Made by a program: the position numbers and the translations under genes. This document shows, one piece after another, positions 37,413 to 49,066 of a DNA stretch of 64,000 bases. Source of the stretch: Rudaea sp. GTDB lineage: Bacteria > Pseudomonadota > Gammaproteobacteria > Xanthomonadales > Rhodanobacteraceae. Location of the stretch: the NCBI GenBank assembly GCA_036267795.1, contig DATAVJ010000172.1, positions 14,302 through 78,301 of the forward strand. Direction: 5' to 3'. Below the pieces are notes generated by a model that had not been told where the DNA came from, ran no database searches, and saw only the letters and a list, made by a program, of their open reading frames with translations. The first letter of the stretch is position 1; the number at the start of each line of letters is the position of its first letter.

Positions 37413-39653
37413 ATGAATCTGCAAGCCAACTACGAACAAATCCCGCTCAAGGAATATGCCGAGCGCGCCTACCTCGATTATTCGATGTACGTGGTGCTCG
37501 ACCGCGCCCTGCCCTTCGTCGGCGATGGATTGAAACCCGTGCAGCGGCGCATCATCTACGCGATGCGCGAGCTCGGCTTGGGCGCCGGCGCGAAACCGAA
37601 AAAATCCGCGCGCACGATCGGCGACGTGATCGGCAAATTTCATCCGCACGGCGACAGCGCGTGCTACGAAGCAATGGTGTTGATGGCGCAGCCGTTTTCG
37701 TACCGTTATCCGCTCGTCGACGGGCAAGGCAATTTCGGATCGACCGACGACCCGAAATCGTTCGCGGCCATGCGCTACACCGAATCGAAGCTGACGCCGA
37801 TCGCGGAATTGCTGCTCGACGAAATCGATCAGGGCACCGTCGATTTCACGCCGAACTTCGACGGCACGCTGAAAGAACCGTCGTGGCTGCCTGCGCGCGT
37901 GCCGCATGTGTTGCTCAACGGTTCGACCGGAATCGCGGTGGGCATGGCCACGGACATTCCGCCGCACAATCTGCGCGAAGTCGCCGCCGCGTGCATTCAT
38001 CTGCTCGACGAACCCGACGCGAGCATCGCTGAACTGTGCCGTCACGTGAAAGGGCCGGATTTTCCCACCGCCGCTGAAATCATCACGCCGAAAAGCGAAT
38101 TGAAGGCGATGTACGCGACCGGCAACGGATCGGTCCGCTGCCGCGCAATCTACATGATAGAAAACGGACGGGTCATCGTCACGGCGTTGCCCTATCAGGT
38201 GTCGCCGGCAAAAGTGCTGCAACAAATCGACGCATTGGCCAAATCGAAAAAGTTGCCGATGCTCGAGGACTACAACGATGAGTCCGACCATATAAATCCG
38301 GTGCGGCTCGTGCTCGTTCCGCGCTCGAACCGCGTCGAACTCGACGAGATGATGCAGCACCTGTTCGCAACCACGGATCTCGAACGCAGCTACCGGATAA
38401 ACCTGAACATCATCGGGCTGGACGGCAAGCCGCAGGTCAAGACGCTCAAGCAAATACTGGGCGAGTGGCTGACGTTCCGGCAAAGCACGGTGACGCGCCG
38501 ATTGAAATTCCGGCTCGAAAAAGTCGAGCGCCGATTGCATCTGCTGGAAGGATTGCGCATCGTTTTTTTGAACCTGGACGAAGTGATCCGCATCGTCCGC
38601 ACCGAAGACGAACCGAAACCGGTTCTGATCAAACGCTTCAAATTGAGCGACGAGCAGGCCGACTATATTCTCGAGACACGGCTGCGCCAGCTGGCGCGTC
38701 TGGAGGAAATGAAACTTGACGCCGAACGCGATCAGCTCGAAGAAGAACGCGCGCGCCTCGCCGTGACGCTGAAGTCGCCAGCCAAGCTCAAGACCCTGAT
38801 CAAGGACGAACTCCACGCCGACGCCGAAAAATACGGCGGCAAGCGCCGCTCGCCCATCGTCGAACGCGAAGTGGCACAGGCACTCGACGAAGCTGCACTC
38901 GTCGTCAGCGAGCCGATCACCGTCGTGCTGTCCGAAAAAGGCTGGGTTCGCTCGGCGAAAGGACACGACGTCGACGCCGCAGCACTCAATTACCGCGAGG
39001 GCGACAAATTCCACAATGTCGCAAAAGGTAAAACGACGCAACAAGTCGCCTTCATCGACTCGACGGGCCGCAGCTATTCGACGCCCGCGCACAGTTTGCC
39101 CTCCGCGCGCGGCAACGGCGAACCGCTGACGGGCCGCTTCACGCCGGCACCCGGGGCGAAATTCGACGCCGTCGCCATCGCCGACGCCGCGAACAAACTC
39201 GTGCTCGCGTCCGACTACGGCTACGGATTCGTCACGAAATTCGAGGCGCTGCTGGCGAACAAGAAAGCCGGCAAGCAGCTCATCAACATGGACGACGGCG
39301 CACACGTCGTGCCGCCCGCGTACGTCGCGGATTCGGCGCGCGACCGCATTGTCGTCGCCACCAATGCCGGACATCTGCTCATGTTCTCCGTCGCCGAATT
39401 GCCGGAACTCGACAACGGCGGGCGCGGCAACAAGCTGATCGAAATTCCGAAGGCGCGGCTCGCCGAAGGCGAACGCGTCGCCGGTATCGCCGTCGTTACG
39501 GAAGGCAAAGGCGAAGTCACGCTTTACGCCGGCGCGCGCAAGCTGATACTGAAATGGGCGGAGCTGATCGAGTACAACGGCAACCGTGCTCAGCGCGGCG
39601 GGAAATTGCCGCGCGGTTTTCAGCGTGTGGATCGAATCGAGACGACGGCGTAA
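37413..39653 (+). CDS. parC: DNA topoisomerase IV subunit A
   Basis: [41 protein letters not shown]; no GyrA-box. Confidence 0.97.
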   Translation: MNLQANYEQIPLKEYAERAYLDYSMYVVLDRALPFVGDGLKPVQRRIIYAMRELGLGAGAKPKKSARTIGDVIGKFHPHGDSACYEAMVLMAQPFSYRYPLVDGQGNFGSTDDPKSFAAMRYTESKLTPIAELLLDEIDQGTVDFTPNFDGTLKEPSWLPARVPHVLLNGSTGIAVGMATDIPPHNLREVAAACIHLLDEPDASIAELCRHVKGPDFPTAAEIITPKSELKAMYATGNGSVRCRAIYMIENGRVIVTALPYQVSPAKVLQQIDALAKSKKLPMLEDYNDESDHINPVRLVLVPRSNRVELDEMMQHLFATTDLERSYRINLNIIGLDGKPQVKTLKQILGEWLTFRQSTVTRRLKFRLEKVERRLHLLEGLRIVFLNLDEVIRIVRTEDEPKPVLIKRFKLSDEQADYILETRLRQLARLEEMKLDAERDQLEEERARLAVTLKSPAKLKTLIKDELHADAEKYGGKRRSPIVEREVAQALDEAALVVSEPITVVLSEKGWVRSAKGHDVDAAALNYREGDKFHNVAKGKTTQQVAFIDSTGRSYSTPAHSLPSARGNGEPLTGRFTPAPGAKFDAVAIADAANKLVLASDYGYGFVTKFEALLANKKAGKQLINMDDGAHVVPPAYVADSARDRIVVATNAGHLLMFSVAELPELDNGGRGNKLIEIPKARLAEGERVAGIAVVTEGKGEVTLYAGARKLILKWAELIEYNGNRAQRGGKLPRGFQRVDRIETTA

Positions 39654-39659
39654 CGGCGA

Positions 39660-40544
39660 TCACTTCGCCTGCTGACACGAAAATCCGGCTTCCTTCAGAA
39701 ATTCCGGATGATCCGTGGCGATCTCCCAACCCGCCGCCGAGTGACGCAGGCGCACCGCCGTGGCATGCGCCAATCGGCTGCGTGCCGCATGGCCGACCAG
39801 CGCCAGATCCACACTCTCCGCATCGTGCCAGCCCTTGAATTCGAAATGCGGACCTTCGTCCGCCGTCGGGCCTTTGCACTGCAGCGTCATTGCGGGCCCA
39901 TTGGCGTCCAGCGACGCGATGCGAACCGTCAGCGGCGCATTGAGCTCATCGTAGTCCAGAAGGAATTGTCCGTCGGGCGACAGCGATGATACGTCGCTGC
40001 CGTTGTGTACAAATAAACTTTTACCGTTCGCCGGATTGGTCAGGAAGCTTCCCGGCGAATCGTGGAAAAACTGCACTTCCACGCGCTGATAGCCGCTGCC
40101 TTCAAGGGCGCCGAGATACCAATGCGTTTCGCCATCGCCGTCGATCGATTTCGTCACGATGTCTTTCCAGTCCGCGAACACGACCGGCGAGCCTTTCGAC
40201 GGCGTTATGGTGAGACGTTTGTCATCGCGTTTCGCCGCGCCGCCCGAATCGGCAATGCGCTTGGCCTCGTTCTTCGTCACGCAATCGGTTGCCTTCGCAC
40301 CGCATCCGAACAGGTCGCTGGAAAACGGCAGCGTCGACGCATCGTCGCTCAACTTCGGCGCCGCCGTGATCGATGAAGCCTCGGCGGTGTCGAGCGCCGC
40401 GACCGAGACCGGCGATCCCGACATACTCACTTTCTCCGCGGAAACATCGAGCACGCCCGGACTGTCGAAACGCAGCCCGCGATCGGCCGCTGCGGCATCG
40501 AGTGTCGCGGCGGCGAAAAATATTCCGATCATTTGAAGTTTCAT
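39660..40544 (-). CDS. Secreted hypothetical protein
   Basis: Start MKLQMIG; signal peptide; CGAKATDC Cys pair; SLSPDG.FLL beta-rich region. Confidence 0.7.
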   Translation of the reverse strand: MKLQMIGIFFAAATLDAAAADRGLRFDSPGVLDVSAEKVSMSGSPVSVAALDTAEASSITAAPKLSDDASTLPFSSDLFGCGAKATDCVTKNEAKRIADSGGAAKRDDKRLTITPSKGSPVVFADWKDIVTKSIDGDGETHWYLGALEGSGYQRVEVQFFHDSPGSFLTNPANGKSLFVHNGSDVSSLSPDGQFLLDYDELNAPLTVRIASLDANGPAMTLQCKGPTADEGPHFEFKGWHDAESVDLALVGHAARSRLAHATAVRLRHSAAGWEIATDHPEFLKEAGFSCQQAK

Positions 40545-40621
40545 GCGCGCACTCCGCGTCGTCGTAGGCGCAGTATCGCGCAAATGCTTTACCATCGCCG
40601 CTTTCCGACGAACTTTAAATC

Positions 40622-43027
40622 ATGCCCAATCGCCCAAAACGCATCCGTCGCCTTCTGCGCACAATTCTCATCGTCGTGCTTGTCATTGTAGTTGCCGCGA
40701 TTGCGGGTGCATGGCTGACGTTGCGCGCGAGCCTGCCCGTTTTGGCCGGACAGCGCGTACTCACAGGCCTCGGCGGCGAAGTCATCGTGACGCGCGATGC
40801 GCTTGGCGTGGCCACGATCCGCACTCATGATTTCAACGACATGTCGCGCGCGTTGGGCTACGTCCAGGCACAAGAACGATTCTTCGAGATGGATCTGATG
40901 CGCCGCCTGGCCAGCGGCGAGCTTGCCGAACTGTTCGGCTCCGCCGCACTCGACGTCGACAAGACACACAGGCCTTTTCGCATGCGCGCGCGCGCGATCG
41001 AAACGCTGACGACGTTGCCTGCCGCCGACCGCGATGCGCTGACGGCGTATGCGCAAGGCGTCAACGCAGGTCTCGCCGACATGAGTTCGCGGCCGTGGGA
41101 ATATTGGCTGGTCGGCTCGAAACCCGCGGCTTGGCAGCCCGTCGACAGCTTGCTCGTGATGGACTCGATGTTTCTCGATCTGAACGATTCGAGCAACGGC
41201 CGCGAGCTGGCCTTTTCGCACATCAAGAATGCGCTCGGCGAAAAGGTATACAAATTCCTGGCGACCGCCGGCGGGCCGCTCGATGCGCCGCTTGTCGGAC
41301 CCGCCATGCCGTTTCCGACGTTGCCTACGGTGGACGATATCGATCTGCGCAAAGTCGATCCTGCATTGCTTCGCATACCGCCGCCGCCGGTGGAGAAAGC
41401 GTCGACAACCGGCAGCGGCGGATTCGCCGTCGGCGGATCGCTGACATCCACGCATGCGGCCCTCGTCGCGGGCGACATGCATCTCGGTCTGCGCGTACCG
41501 AACATCTGGTTTCGCACGCAAATGATTTATCCGAACCCGCGACGCCCCGGTGAGGAAGTGAATCTCACCGGCGTCACATTGCCCGGCGTACCCGCCCTCG
41601 TGGCCGGCAGCAACCGCCACATCGCGTGGACGTTCACCAACAGCTACGGCGATTTTACGGATTGGGTTCGCATCAACATCGATCCGACCGATAAAACGCG
41701 CTATCGCGACGCTGATGGCTGGCAACCGCTGCACGTCGTCGGCGAAACTATACAAATCCACAATGCAGCAGATGTAAAACTCGACGTCGAAGAAACGCGC
41801 TGGGGACCGATCGTCGCGAAAGACGCCGACGGAACTCCGCTCGCGCTGGCGTGGACGGCGCTGCAGCCGGGCGGCCTGAACCTCGGCTTCCTGCGCATGG
41901 CCACGGCCGAAACCGCCGATGAAGCCATCGACGTCGCGCACGAGAGCGGCATGCCCGCGCAGAATATCGTCGTCGGCGATCGCGCGGGCAACGTCGGTTG
42001 GTCGATCGCCGGGAAGATTCCGAAACGCATCGGCGACTACGATCCACAGCTTCCGTCGGACTGGAGCCAGAGCGGAATCGGTTGGGACGGGTGGCTCGCC
42101 GCCGCGGATTATCCGCGTCTTTCCAATCCTGCCGGTCAACGCATTTGGACGGCCAATCAGCGCATCCTCGATTTCGAAAGCGCCGACTACGCGCGTTTCG
42201 GCGACGGCGGTTACGATCTCGGCGCGCGGGCGCGGCAGATTCGCGCCGACTTGCAGGCACACGAGCAGTTCGCGCCTGACGACATGCTCGCAATTCAGCT
42301 CGACGACCGCGCGCTGCTGCTACGCACATGGCACGATCTACTTGTCGATGTCGAGAAACGCGCGGGCGAAACGAGTCCACTCGTGTCCGCCAAGAAATAT
42401 ATCGACGACTGGAACGAACACGCCGATCCCAAATCCGTCGGTTATCGACTTGCGCGCGAATTCCGGCGCGAAGTTACCGACACCGTGATGGACGGATTCG
42501 GCGCCGCCGTGCGCGCAAAAGACAACGACTTCAAAATGCCGAAGCTCAGTCAGGCCGAAGCGATCGTCGATGCGATCATCGCCAAGCGTCCGGAAAATTT
42601 GCTGCCGCCGGGTTATAGCGACTGGAACGATCTTCTGCTGAAGTGCGCCGAGCGCGTCGTGAAGAAACTCGATACCCAACCCGGCGGACTTGCCGCGCGC
42701 ACGTGGGGCGAGGCGAATGCGACACGCATTCGTCACGCGCTCAGCAAATCATTACCCGGCATGGGTTGGCTGCTCGACATGCCGCGACGCGAGCTACCCG
42801 GCGATTCGAACATGCCGCGCGTGCAGGCGCCGGACTTCGGTGCATCGGAACGTTTTGCCGTCGAACCGGGTTTCGAGCAATACGGTTACTTCCATATGCC
42901 GGGAGGACAAAGCGACAATCCGCTGTCGCCCTTCTATGGCGCCGGCGACGACGACTGGGCGCAAGGCAAGGCCACGCCCTTCCTGCCGGGTGCTACAAAG
43001 TATAGTTTTATACTGAAGCCGAAGTAG
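40622..43027 (+). CDS. Penicillin acylase family Ntn-hydrolase with N-terminal anchor (atypical motifs)
   Basis: RDALGVATI, QERFFEMDL.RR..SGELAELFG; beta-chain start GSGGFAV...AGDMHL; WTANQR; PGGQS.NPLSPFY. Confidence 0.9.
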   Translation: MPNRPKRIRRLLRTILIVVLVIVVAAIAGAWLTLRASLPVLAGQRVLTGLGGEVIVTRDALGVATIRTHDFNDMSRALGYVQAQERFFEMDLMRRLASGELAELFGSAALDVDKTHRPFRMRARAIETLTTLPAADRDALTAYAQGVNAGLADMSSRPWEYWLVGSKPAAWQPVDSLLVMDSMFLDLNDSSNGRELAFSHIKNALGEKVYKFLATAGGPLDAPLVGPAMPFPTLPTVDDIDLRKVDPALLRIPPPPVEKASTTGSGGFAVGGSLTSTHAALVAGDMHLGLRVPNIWFRTQMIYPNPRRPGEEVNLTGVTLPGVPALVAGSNRHIAWTFTNSYGDFTDWVRINIDPTDKTRYRDADGWQPLHVVGETIQIHNAADVKLDVEETRWGPIVAKDADGTPLALAWTALQPGGLNLGFLRMATAETADEAIDVAHESGMPAQNIVVGDRAGNVGWSIAGKIPKRIGDYDPQLPSDWSQSGIGWDGWLAAADYPRLSNPAGQRIWTANQRILDFESADYARFGDGGYDLGARARQIRADLQAHEQFAPDDMLAIQLDDRALLLRTWHDLLVDVEKRAGETSPLVSAKKYIDDWNEHADPKSVGYRLAREFRREVTDTVMDGFGAAVRAKDNDFKMPKLSQAEAIVDAIIAKRPENLLPPGYSDWNDLLLKCAERVVKKLDTQPGGLAARTWGEANATRIRHALSKSLPGMGWLLDMPRRELPGDSNMPRVQAPDFGASERFAVEPGFEQYGYFHMPGGQSDNPLSPFYGAGDDDWAQGKATPFLPGATKYSFILKPK

Positions 43028-43030
43028 GAA

Positions 43031-44164
43031 TCAGCTTGCGAATAGCCGGTCGAGAATGCGTTCGTAGACGCGCGGCAACATCTCGAGTTCGTCGAGCGCG
43101 ACGTGCTCGTCGATTTTATGGATCGATGCGTTCACCGACCCCACCTCGACCACTTCGGCGCCCAACGGCGCAATGAAACGCGCGTCGGACGTTCCGCCAC
43201 CGGTGTCCGCCGTCGGCGTGATGCCGCAGACCTCTTCGATCACGCGCGAAACGGCTTCGCGAAGTTTTCCCGCGCGCGTGAGGAACGGCTCGCCCGACAC
43301 GTCCCACGCCACCGAAAAATCGAGTCCGTGCTTGAGCAGGATGGCCTCGGTGCGCTCGCGCAAACTTTGCGCCGTACTCGCCGTGCAAAAGCGGAAATTG
43401 AATGCAACGTCGAGCGATCCCGGCACGACATTCAGCGCGCCGGTGCCGGCATTGATGTTGGAAATCTGAAATGACGTCGGCGGAAATTCCGCGTTGCCAT
43501 CATCCCAACGCGTCGCAGCCAGTTCGGCCAGCACGGGCGCTGCAAGATGAATGGGGTTGCGCACTTTGTCGGGATAGGCGACGTGTCCCTGCACTCCGCG
43601 GACAGTCAGACGTCCCGACAATGAACCTCGACGACCGACGCGAACGATATCGCCCAGGCGTTCGGCCGACGACGGTTCGCCGACGACGCAATAATCGATG
43701 CGTTGTTTGCGCGTTTGAAATTCTTTCGCGACGCGGCGCACGCCGTCGAGATTCGTCGGGCCTTCTTCATCGCTGGTCAGCAGCAACGCGACCGTTCCGT
43801 CGTGATTCGGATGGCGCTTAAGCCAGTTTTCGAGCGCGACCGTCATTGCCGCGACACCGGATTTCATGTCCGCCGCGCCACGGCCGTATAGACGTCCATC
43901 GCGAATCGTGGGCTCGAAGGGATCGCTGGCCCAGGTTTTTACGTCGCCGCTCGGGACGACATCGGTATGACCGAGAAAAACGAGAACGGGCGTACCGCTG
44001 CCGTGCGTTGCCCAAAGATTGTCGACCGGGCCGAAGCGCAGATGTTCGATCACGCAACCTGCGCTTCGCAGCCGTTCGGCGATCAATTGCTGGCAGCCGG
44101 CATCATCCGGCGTGATGGACTTGCGTGCGATCAGCGCGCGCGTGAGATCGAGAACGTTGCTCAC
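43031..44164 (-). CDS. dapE: Succinyl-diaminopimelate desuccinylase
   Basis: [47 protein letters not shown]. Confidence 0.97.
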   Translation of the reverse strand: MSNVLDLTRALIARKSITPDDAGCQQLIAERLRSAGCVIEHLRFGPVDNLWATHGSGTPVLVFLGHTDVVPSGDVKTWASDPFEPTIRDGRLYGRGAADMKSGVAAMTVALENWLKRHPNHDGTVALLLTSDEEGPTNLDGVRRVAKEFQTRKQRIDYCVVGEPSSAERLGDIVRVGRRGSLSGRLTVRGVQGHVAYPDKVRNPIHLAAPVLAELAATRWDDGNAEFPPTSFQISNINAGTGALNVVPGSLDVAFNFRFCTASTAQSLRERTEAILLKHGLDFSVAWDVSGEPFLTRAGKLREAVSRVIEEVCGITPTADTGGGTSDARFIAPLGAEVVEVGSVNASIHKIDEHVALDELEMLPRVYERILDRLFAS

Positions 44165-44514
44165 GCAGCGAACATCTCGCGGAATTTCTTGTCGGTGAAA
44201 CCGAGGCTCACCGCGCCGTCATCGGTGACAACGACCGGCCGCCGCACCAGTGCGGGATATTCCTTGATGAGCAGCAGCCACTCCGGATCGGATGCCGGCG
44301 ACTTGCGCGTGGGCAGCAGATTGCGCCACGTCGTGCCGGTGCGGTTGACGAGGCTTTCCCAACCGCCGACTTTCGCAGCCCACGACTTCAGCGTCGGGCC
44401 ATCGACGCGATGTTCGCGATAGTCGGAAAACTCGTGCGCGACGTTATGTTTGTGCAGCCACTTGCGCGCCTTGTCGCACGTGCTGCATTTGTCGAGTCCG
44501 TATACTTTTGTCAT
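44161..44514 (-). CDS. ArsC/Spx/MgsR family protein (YffB-like)
   Basis: [28 protein letters not shown]; canonical position next to dapE. Confidence 0.92.
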   Translation of the reverse strand: MTKVYGLDKCSTCDKARKWLHKHNVAHEFSDYREHRVDGPTLKSWAAKVGGWESLVNRTGTTWRNLLPTRKSPASDPEWLLLIKEYPALVRRPVVVTDDGAVSLGFTDKKFREMFAA

Positions 44515-44521
44515 TGGCGTT

Positions 44522-45340
44522 TCAGTCTCGAAGCAATTCGTTCAACGACGTCTTGGCGCGCGTTTTCTCGTCCACGCGTTTGACGATGATCGCGGCATAA
44601 AGACTGTGCGATCCGTCGGCGGCAGGCAGATTGCCGGCAACGACGACGCTGCCGGCCGGCACGCGGCCATAGTGAACCTGGTTCGTCGCGCGATCGTAGA
44701 TGCGCGTGGATTGTCCCAGGAAAACGCCCATCCCGATGACGCTGCCGCGCTCGACGATCACGCCCTCGACGACTTCGGATCGCGCGCCGATGAAGCAATC
44801 GTCTTCGATGATCGTGGGCGCGGCTTGCAACGGTTCCAGCACACCGCCGATGCCGGCGCCGCCGGACAAATGTACATTTTTACCAATTTGCGCACACGAG
44901 CCCACGGTGGCCCACGTGTCCACCATCGTTCCCGCGCCGACGTTTGCGCCGATGTTGACGAAGCTCGGCATGAGCACGACGTCCCTGGCGATACACGCGC
45001 CGCGTCGAATGACGGCACCGGGTACGGCGCGCGCACCGAGCGCGCGGAATTTCGCGTCGTCGAAATCGGCGAAACGCATCGGCACCTTGTCGAAGAACGG
45101 CGCCGGATCGGCCGGCAGCACCTGGTTTGCGCTTACGCGAAAATATAAAAGTACCGCCTTCTTCAACCATTGGTTGACGCGCCATCCGGCACCGTCGGGT
45201 TCCGCGACACGCAGTTCGCCGGACTCGAGGCCGTCGAGAACGCTCTCGATGGCCGGCCGGATCGCCGATTCGATTTCTTTCTCGCTTAGCGCGCTTCGCC
45301 GTTCCCACGCCGAATCGATGACGCTTTCAAACCGATGCAT
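44522..45340 (-). CDS. dapD: 2,3,4,5-tetrahydropyridine-2,6-dicarboxylate N-succinyltransferase
   Basis: [47 protein letters not shown]; start 45340 with GAGG SD, overlapping the glnD end. Confidence 0.97.
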   Translation of the reverse strand: MHRFESVIDSAWERRSALSEKEIESAIRPAIESVLDGLESGELRVAEPDGAGWRVNQWLKKAVLLYFRVSANQVLPADPAPFFDKVPMRFADFDDAKFRALGARAVPGAVIRRGACIARDVVLMPSFVNIGANVGAGTMVDTWATVGSCAQIGKNVHLSGGAGIGGVLEPLQAAPTIIEDDCFIGARSEVVEGVIVERGSVIGMGVFLGQSTRIYDRATNQVHYGRVPAGSVVVAGNLPAADGSHSLYAAIIVKRVDEKTRAKTSLNELLRD

Positions 45341-48011
45341 GCCGTTCCTCGGTAGTTTCGTTCGTCTGCAGACGTGCGACGAGCGCACGTTCCAATGCAT
45401 CGCGCGCTTGGCCGTCGAGCGGCCGATCGTGTTCGTCGCTGATCAGGAAATAATCCTCCACGCGCTCGCCGAACGTGGCGATTCGCGCGCCGTTCACGCG
45501 CACGCGGCAATCGCGGAACGTCTGCGCCACCATCGCCAGCAAACCGGGACGATCCGCGCACAACAATGCCATGTGTGTCGCGCCGCCGCGGGCGAGATCA
45601 TACGAGACGCGCGGCGGAATATCGAAATGGCGCAGCGAGCGCGTCATCGGACGCGGCGCGAGATCGGCGCGATACGGGTTTTGCGAAAGCGCGTCGACAA
45701 GTGCGCTGCGCAGCCGTTCGATGTGCCGCGCATCGGTGATGGCGTAGCCGTCCGCGTCGAGGACGAGGAAGCTGTCGAGACTCATGCCGTCTCTCGATGT
45801 GACGATGCGCGCATCCTGCACGGATAAGCGCAGGCGATCGAACACCGCCGTCACGGCGGCGAAGAGTCCGTCGCGATCGGCCGCGTAGACAAAAACCTCG
45901 CTGCTGCCGCGTGCGCTGGCACCTTCGACGAGTATCAGCGGCACGCCGGGTTTGCGGTGACGCACGATGCCCGTCGTCTGCCACGCGATTTCGCGCGCCG
46001 TGAAACGCAGGAAACTTTCATCGGGGAATTGCGCCCAGACAGCGTCGATCGAAGCCTGAGAAATTTCCGCCTCGCGCAACAGCGCGAATGCCTGCATGCG
46101 GCAATCGAAGATGCGATCGCTGGCGTCGGGAGGATTGGCGAGACCGCCGTGCAAAGCATCGCGCGTGCGCGTGTATAAATCCGCCAAAAGTTTATCTTTC
46201 CACGAATTCCACAATTTCGCACTGGTGCCGGAGATGTCGGCCACGGTGAGCAAATACAAGTAATCGAGCCGTTCGCGGTCGCCTACTTTCCCGGAGAACG
46301 CATGCACCACGTCGGGGTCGGCGATGTCCTGCCGCTGCGCGGTCACGCTCATCAACAAGTGTTGCCGCACCAGCCAGGCGACAAGCTCGGCATCGCCGTG
46401 CGACAAGCCGAGCTTCGTGCAGAACGCGCGCGCCTCGGTTTCTCCCAGCTCGGAATGGTCGCCGCCGCGGCCTTTGGCAATGTCGTGGAACAGCACGGCG
46501 AGCAGCAGCACGTCGGGTTTCGGCAGACGTACCCAGATTTCGTGCGCATGCGCGAATTCCTGCGACGTCGCCGCGTCGGCAAATCGCGCGACGTTGCGCA
46601 AAACGCGAATCGTGTGTTCGTCGACGGTATAGACATGAAACAAATCGTACTGCATGCGTCCGACCACTTTTCCGAATGCAGGCAGATAATGTGCGAGGAC
46701 GCGGTGGTGGTTCATGCGCGCGATTGCCTCGACGGCGGGAGCGCCTTTGCGAAGCAGGCGCAGAAAGGCGACGTTGACATCGTGATCGTCCGCGAGTTTC
46801 GGTCCGATCGAATCGAGCGCGGCTTCGATGCGAATCAACAAATCCGCGCGCAGACTTTTGATCTGCGGATGCTCGATCCATACCCGAAATAGATCGATGA
46901 GCGTCGCCGGTCGCGCGATCAACAAATCCGGCGGATCGCAATCGAGCCGGCCATCGATGGCGACGAAGTCCAGCGTGAGGCGCTGCACGTGTTCGTGTTC
47001 GTTCGCATCCAGCGCTTCTTCGCAGCGCGATAAAAACCGCTCGCTCAAGCGTTCGATGGAAATCGCAGCGCGGTAATAGCCCTGCATGAATTGTTCGACG
47101 GCGAGATTCTGCCGGTGTTCGTCGACGAATCCGAAACGCTCGGCGAGCGTGCGTTGGTAATCGAACAACAACCGTTCCTCGGCGCGGCCTGCGGCGAGGT
47201 GCAGCGCGAAGCGGATGCGCGACAAATGGCGTCGTGATCGATCGGACTCGGCGCTTTCTGCGGCTGTCAGCAATCCGCAGGACCCCAAATCATCGAAAGC
47301 TGACGCTGAGAACAATCGGCGTCCGAGCCATCCGACCAGATGCAACGCGCGCAGTCCGCCGGGCGCATCCTTGATGTTGGGTTCGAGGTTGTATGTGGTG
47401 TCGTTGAAACGGGCATAGCGGCCGAGTTGATCGGCGCGTTTCGCCGCGAAGTAGTCGACGGGCGGCCAAATGTATTCGTCGGCGACGAGAGCGGCCAGGC
47501 GCGCATCGATCTGCGCGTCGCCCGCGATGCGGCGGGCGTCGAGCAGCGTTGTATAAATTGTCGCATCGCGTGCGGCGAAGTCGCGGCATTCATCGACGGT
47601 GCGCACGGCGTGTCCGGGCTTGAGCCCGATATCCCACAAGCACGTGAAGAACGATTCGAGCGCGTGCGCGACGCCGGACGACAACGGTTCATCGCACAAC
47701 ACGAGCAGGTCGACGTCGGAATGCGGGAACAATTCGCCGCGTCCGAATCCGCCGACGGCATAAAGCGCGAGACCTGCGCGTTCGCCGACGATCGCGGAAA
47801 ACACATGCGCGACGACGCTTTCGACGGTGCGCGATCGGGCGGGCAGCAACATGTCGATATCGGCGCCATCACGGAAGGCATCGGCGAGTCGACGATCGGT
47901 GTCGCCGATGAGTTGACGCAACGAAACCCGAGCCGCTTCGGACACACCCGCGCGCGGAATGCTCGTGGGAAGCCGCGGCAGCGCGAAGACCGGCGCGGCG
48001 ACGACGCTCAT
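45327..48011 (-). CDS. glnD: PII uridylyltransferase/uridylyl-removing enzyme
   Basis: [55 protein letters not shown], two ACT domains. Confidence 0.97.
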   Translation of the reverse strand: MSVVAAPVFALPRLPTSIPRAGVSEAARVSLRQLIGDTDRRLADAFRDGADIDMLLPARSRTVESVVAHVFSAIVGERAGLALYAVGGFGRGELFPHSDVDLLVLCDEPLSSGVAHALESFFTCLWDIGLKPGHAVRTVDECRDFAARDATIYTTLLDARRIAGDAQIDARLAALVADEYIWPPVDYFAAKRADQLGRYARFNDTTYNLEPNIKDAPGGLRALHLVGWLGRRLFSASAFDDLGSCGLLTAAESAESDRSRRHLSRIRFALHLAAGRAEERLLFDYQRTLAERFGFVDEHRQNLAVEQFMQGYYRAAISIERLSERFLSRCEEALDANEHEHVQRLTLDFVAIDGRLDCDPPDLLIARPATLIDLFRVWIEHPQIKSLRADLLIRIEAALDSIGPKLADDHDVNVAFLRLLRKGAPAVEAIARMNHHRVLAHYLPAFGKVVGRMQYDLFHVYTVDEHTIRVLRNVARFADAATSQEFAHAHEIWVRLPKPDVLLLAVLFHDIAKGRGGDHSELGETEARAFCTKLGLSHGDAELVAWLVRQHLLMSVTAQRQDIADPDVVHAFSGKVGDRERLDYLYLLTVADISGTSAKLWNSWKDKLLADLYTRTRDALHGGLANPPDASDRIFDCRMQAFALLREAEISQASIDAVWAQFPDESFLRFTAREIAWQTTGIVRHRKPGVPLILVEGASARGSSEVFVYAADRDGLFAAVTAVFDRLRLSVQDARIVTSRDGMSLDSFLVLDADGYAITDARHIERLRSALVDALSQNPYRADLAPRPMTRSLRHFDIPPRVSYDLARGGATHMALLCADRPGLLAMVAQTFRDCRVRVNGARIATFGERVEDYFLISDEHDRPLDGQARDALERALVARLQTNETTEERHASV

Positions 48012-48018
48012 CGCAAAC

Positions 48019-48786
48019 TCAAGCGGCTTTCGGCCACGGCGTGAGGATTTCGAATCCGTCTTCGAGCACGGCGACAGTGTGTTCCCACTGCGCGGACAAC
48101 GAGTGATCGCGCGTGACGACGGTCCAGCCGTCGGGCAACAGCCGCGTGTGCGGTTTGCCGGCGTTGACCATGGGCTCGACGGTGAATGTCATGCCGGGTT
48201 CGAGACGCAATCCCGCACCGCGATGGCCGTAGTGCAAAACTTGCGGGTCTTCGTGATAAATCGTGCCGATGCCGTGTCCGCAATATTCGCGCACGACGGA
48301 AAACCGGTTCGCCTCGACATGCTGCTGCACGGCGTGGCCGATGTCGCCGAGCGTCGCGCCGGGACGAACCTGTTCGATACCCTTCATCATCGCGTCATAG
48401 GCGACGGTGCAAAGACGTTTCGCCAGCACGGACGGTTCGCCGACGTAATACATGCGGCTGGTGTCGCCGTGCCAGCCGTCTTTGATGACGGTGACGTCCA
48501 TGTTGACGATGTCGCCGTCCTTGAGAATTTTGCCGGGGTTGGGAATGCCGTGGCAGATGACGTTGTTGACGGACGTGCACAACGTCTTCGGAAATCCCTT
48601 GTAGCCGACGTTGGCCGGAATCGCCTTCTGCACGGTGACGATGTGATCGTGCGCGATTTCGTCGAGCTCTTCGGTCGTCACGCCCGGCTTTACGTGCGGC
48701 ACGAGCATGTCCAGTACCTCGGCGGCCAGTTTTCCGGCCACGCGCATATGTTCGATCTGCTCTGGAGTTTTGATGCTGACGGGCAT
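48019..48786 (-). CDS. map: Methionine aminopeptidase type I
   Basis: CHGIP, DVTVIKDGWHGDTSRM, YCGHGIG..YHEDP, TVEPMVN, AQWEHT. Confidence 0.98.
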   Translation of the reverse strand: MPVSIKTPEQIEHMRVAGKLAAEVLDMLVPHVKPGVTTEELDEIAHDHIVTVQKAIPANVGYKGFPKTLCTSVNNVICHGIPNPGKILKDGDIVNMDVTVIKDGWHGDTSRMYYVGEPSVLAKRLCTVAYDAMMKGIEQVRPGATLGDIGHAVQQHVEANRFSVVREYCGHGIGTIYHEDPQVLHYGHRGAGLRLEPGMTFTVEPMVNAGKPHTRLLPDGWTVVTRDHSLSAQWEHTVAVLEDGFEILTPWPKAA

Positions 48787-48864
48787 GTGATTTTCGGATC
48801 GCGAACGGGACTTCGGCGATAGTTTAGCTAAGGTGTGGGCAGCACGTCCGCGATCAAGCACGGA

Positions 48865-48894
48865 TTGCGCTCAAGTCGCGGAAAACGCTATAAT
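48865..48894 (+). promoter_or_regulatory. Sigma70-type promoter of the rpsB-tsf operon
   Basis: TTGCGC-N18-TATAAT immediately before the leader. Confidence 0.65.
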
Positions 48895-48921
48895 TCCTCG
48901 GTTCCCGATTTCGGGAACAAA

Positions 48922-49020
48922 TCCGCACACGTCTCGATACCGTTGTCGGGGTGCTTCCGGCAGACGCTACGCCGTCCGCATGGAAGTCGCCAACGCTGGG
49001 GACGTGGAGGTCTCAACCCC
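48922..49020 (+). ncRNA. rpsB leader (t44 / S2 autoregulatory element)
   Basis: CACACGT...GGGGTGC...TGGGGACGTGGAGG..AACCCC resembles the E. coli rpsB leader blocks; preceded by hairpin gttcccga/tcgggaac (48901-48918). Confidence 0.8.
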
Positions 49021-49066
49021 GGACGCCACCGCATGAATTGCGGCCGTCCCTTTTTGGAGTTTCATC

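Noticed and set aside
37640-37680. Possible quinolone-resistance allele of parC
   Set aside because: QRDR reads GDSACYE, with Ser80- and Glu84-equivalent residues in the wild-type state.
37293-39374. Upstream two thirds of the 1059-aa minus-strand ORF
   Set aside because: It is the antisense shadow of parC. The real gene starts at 37292, where there is an SD and a signal peptide. Long antisense frames are expected with high-GC codon bias.
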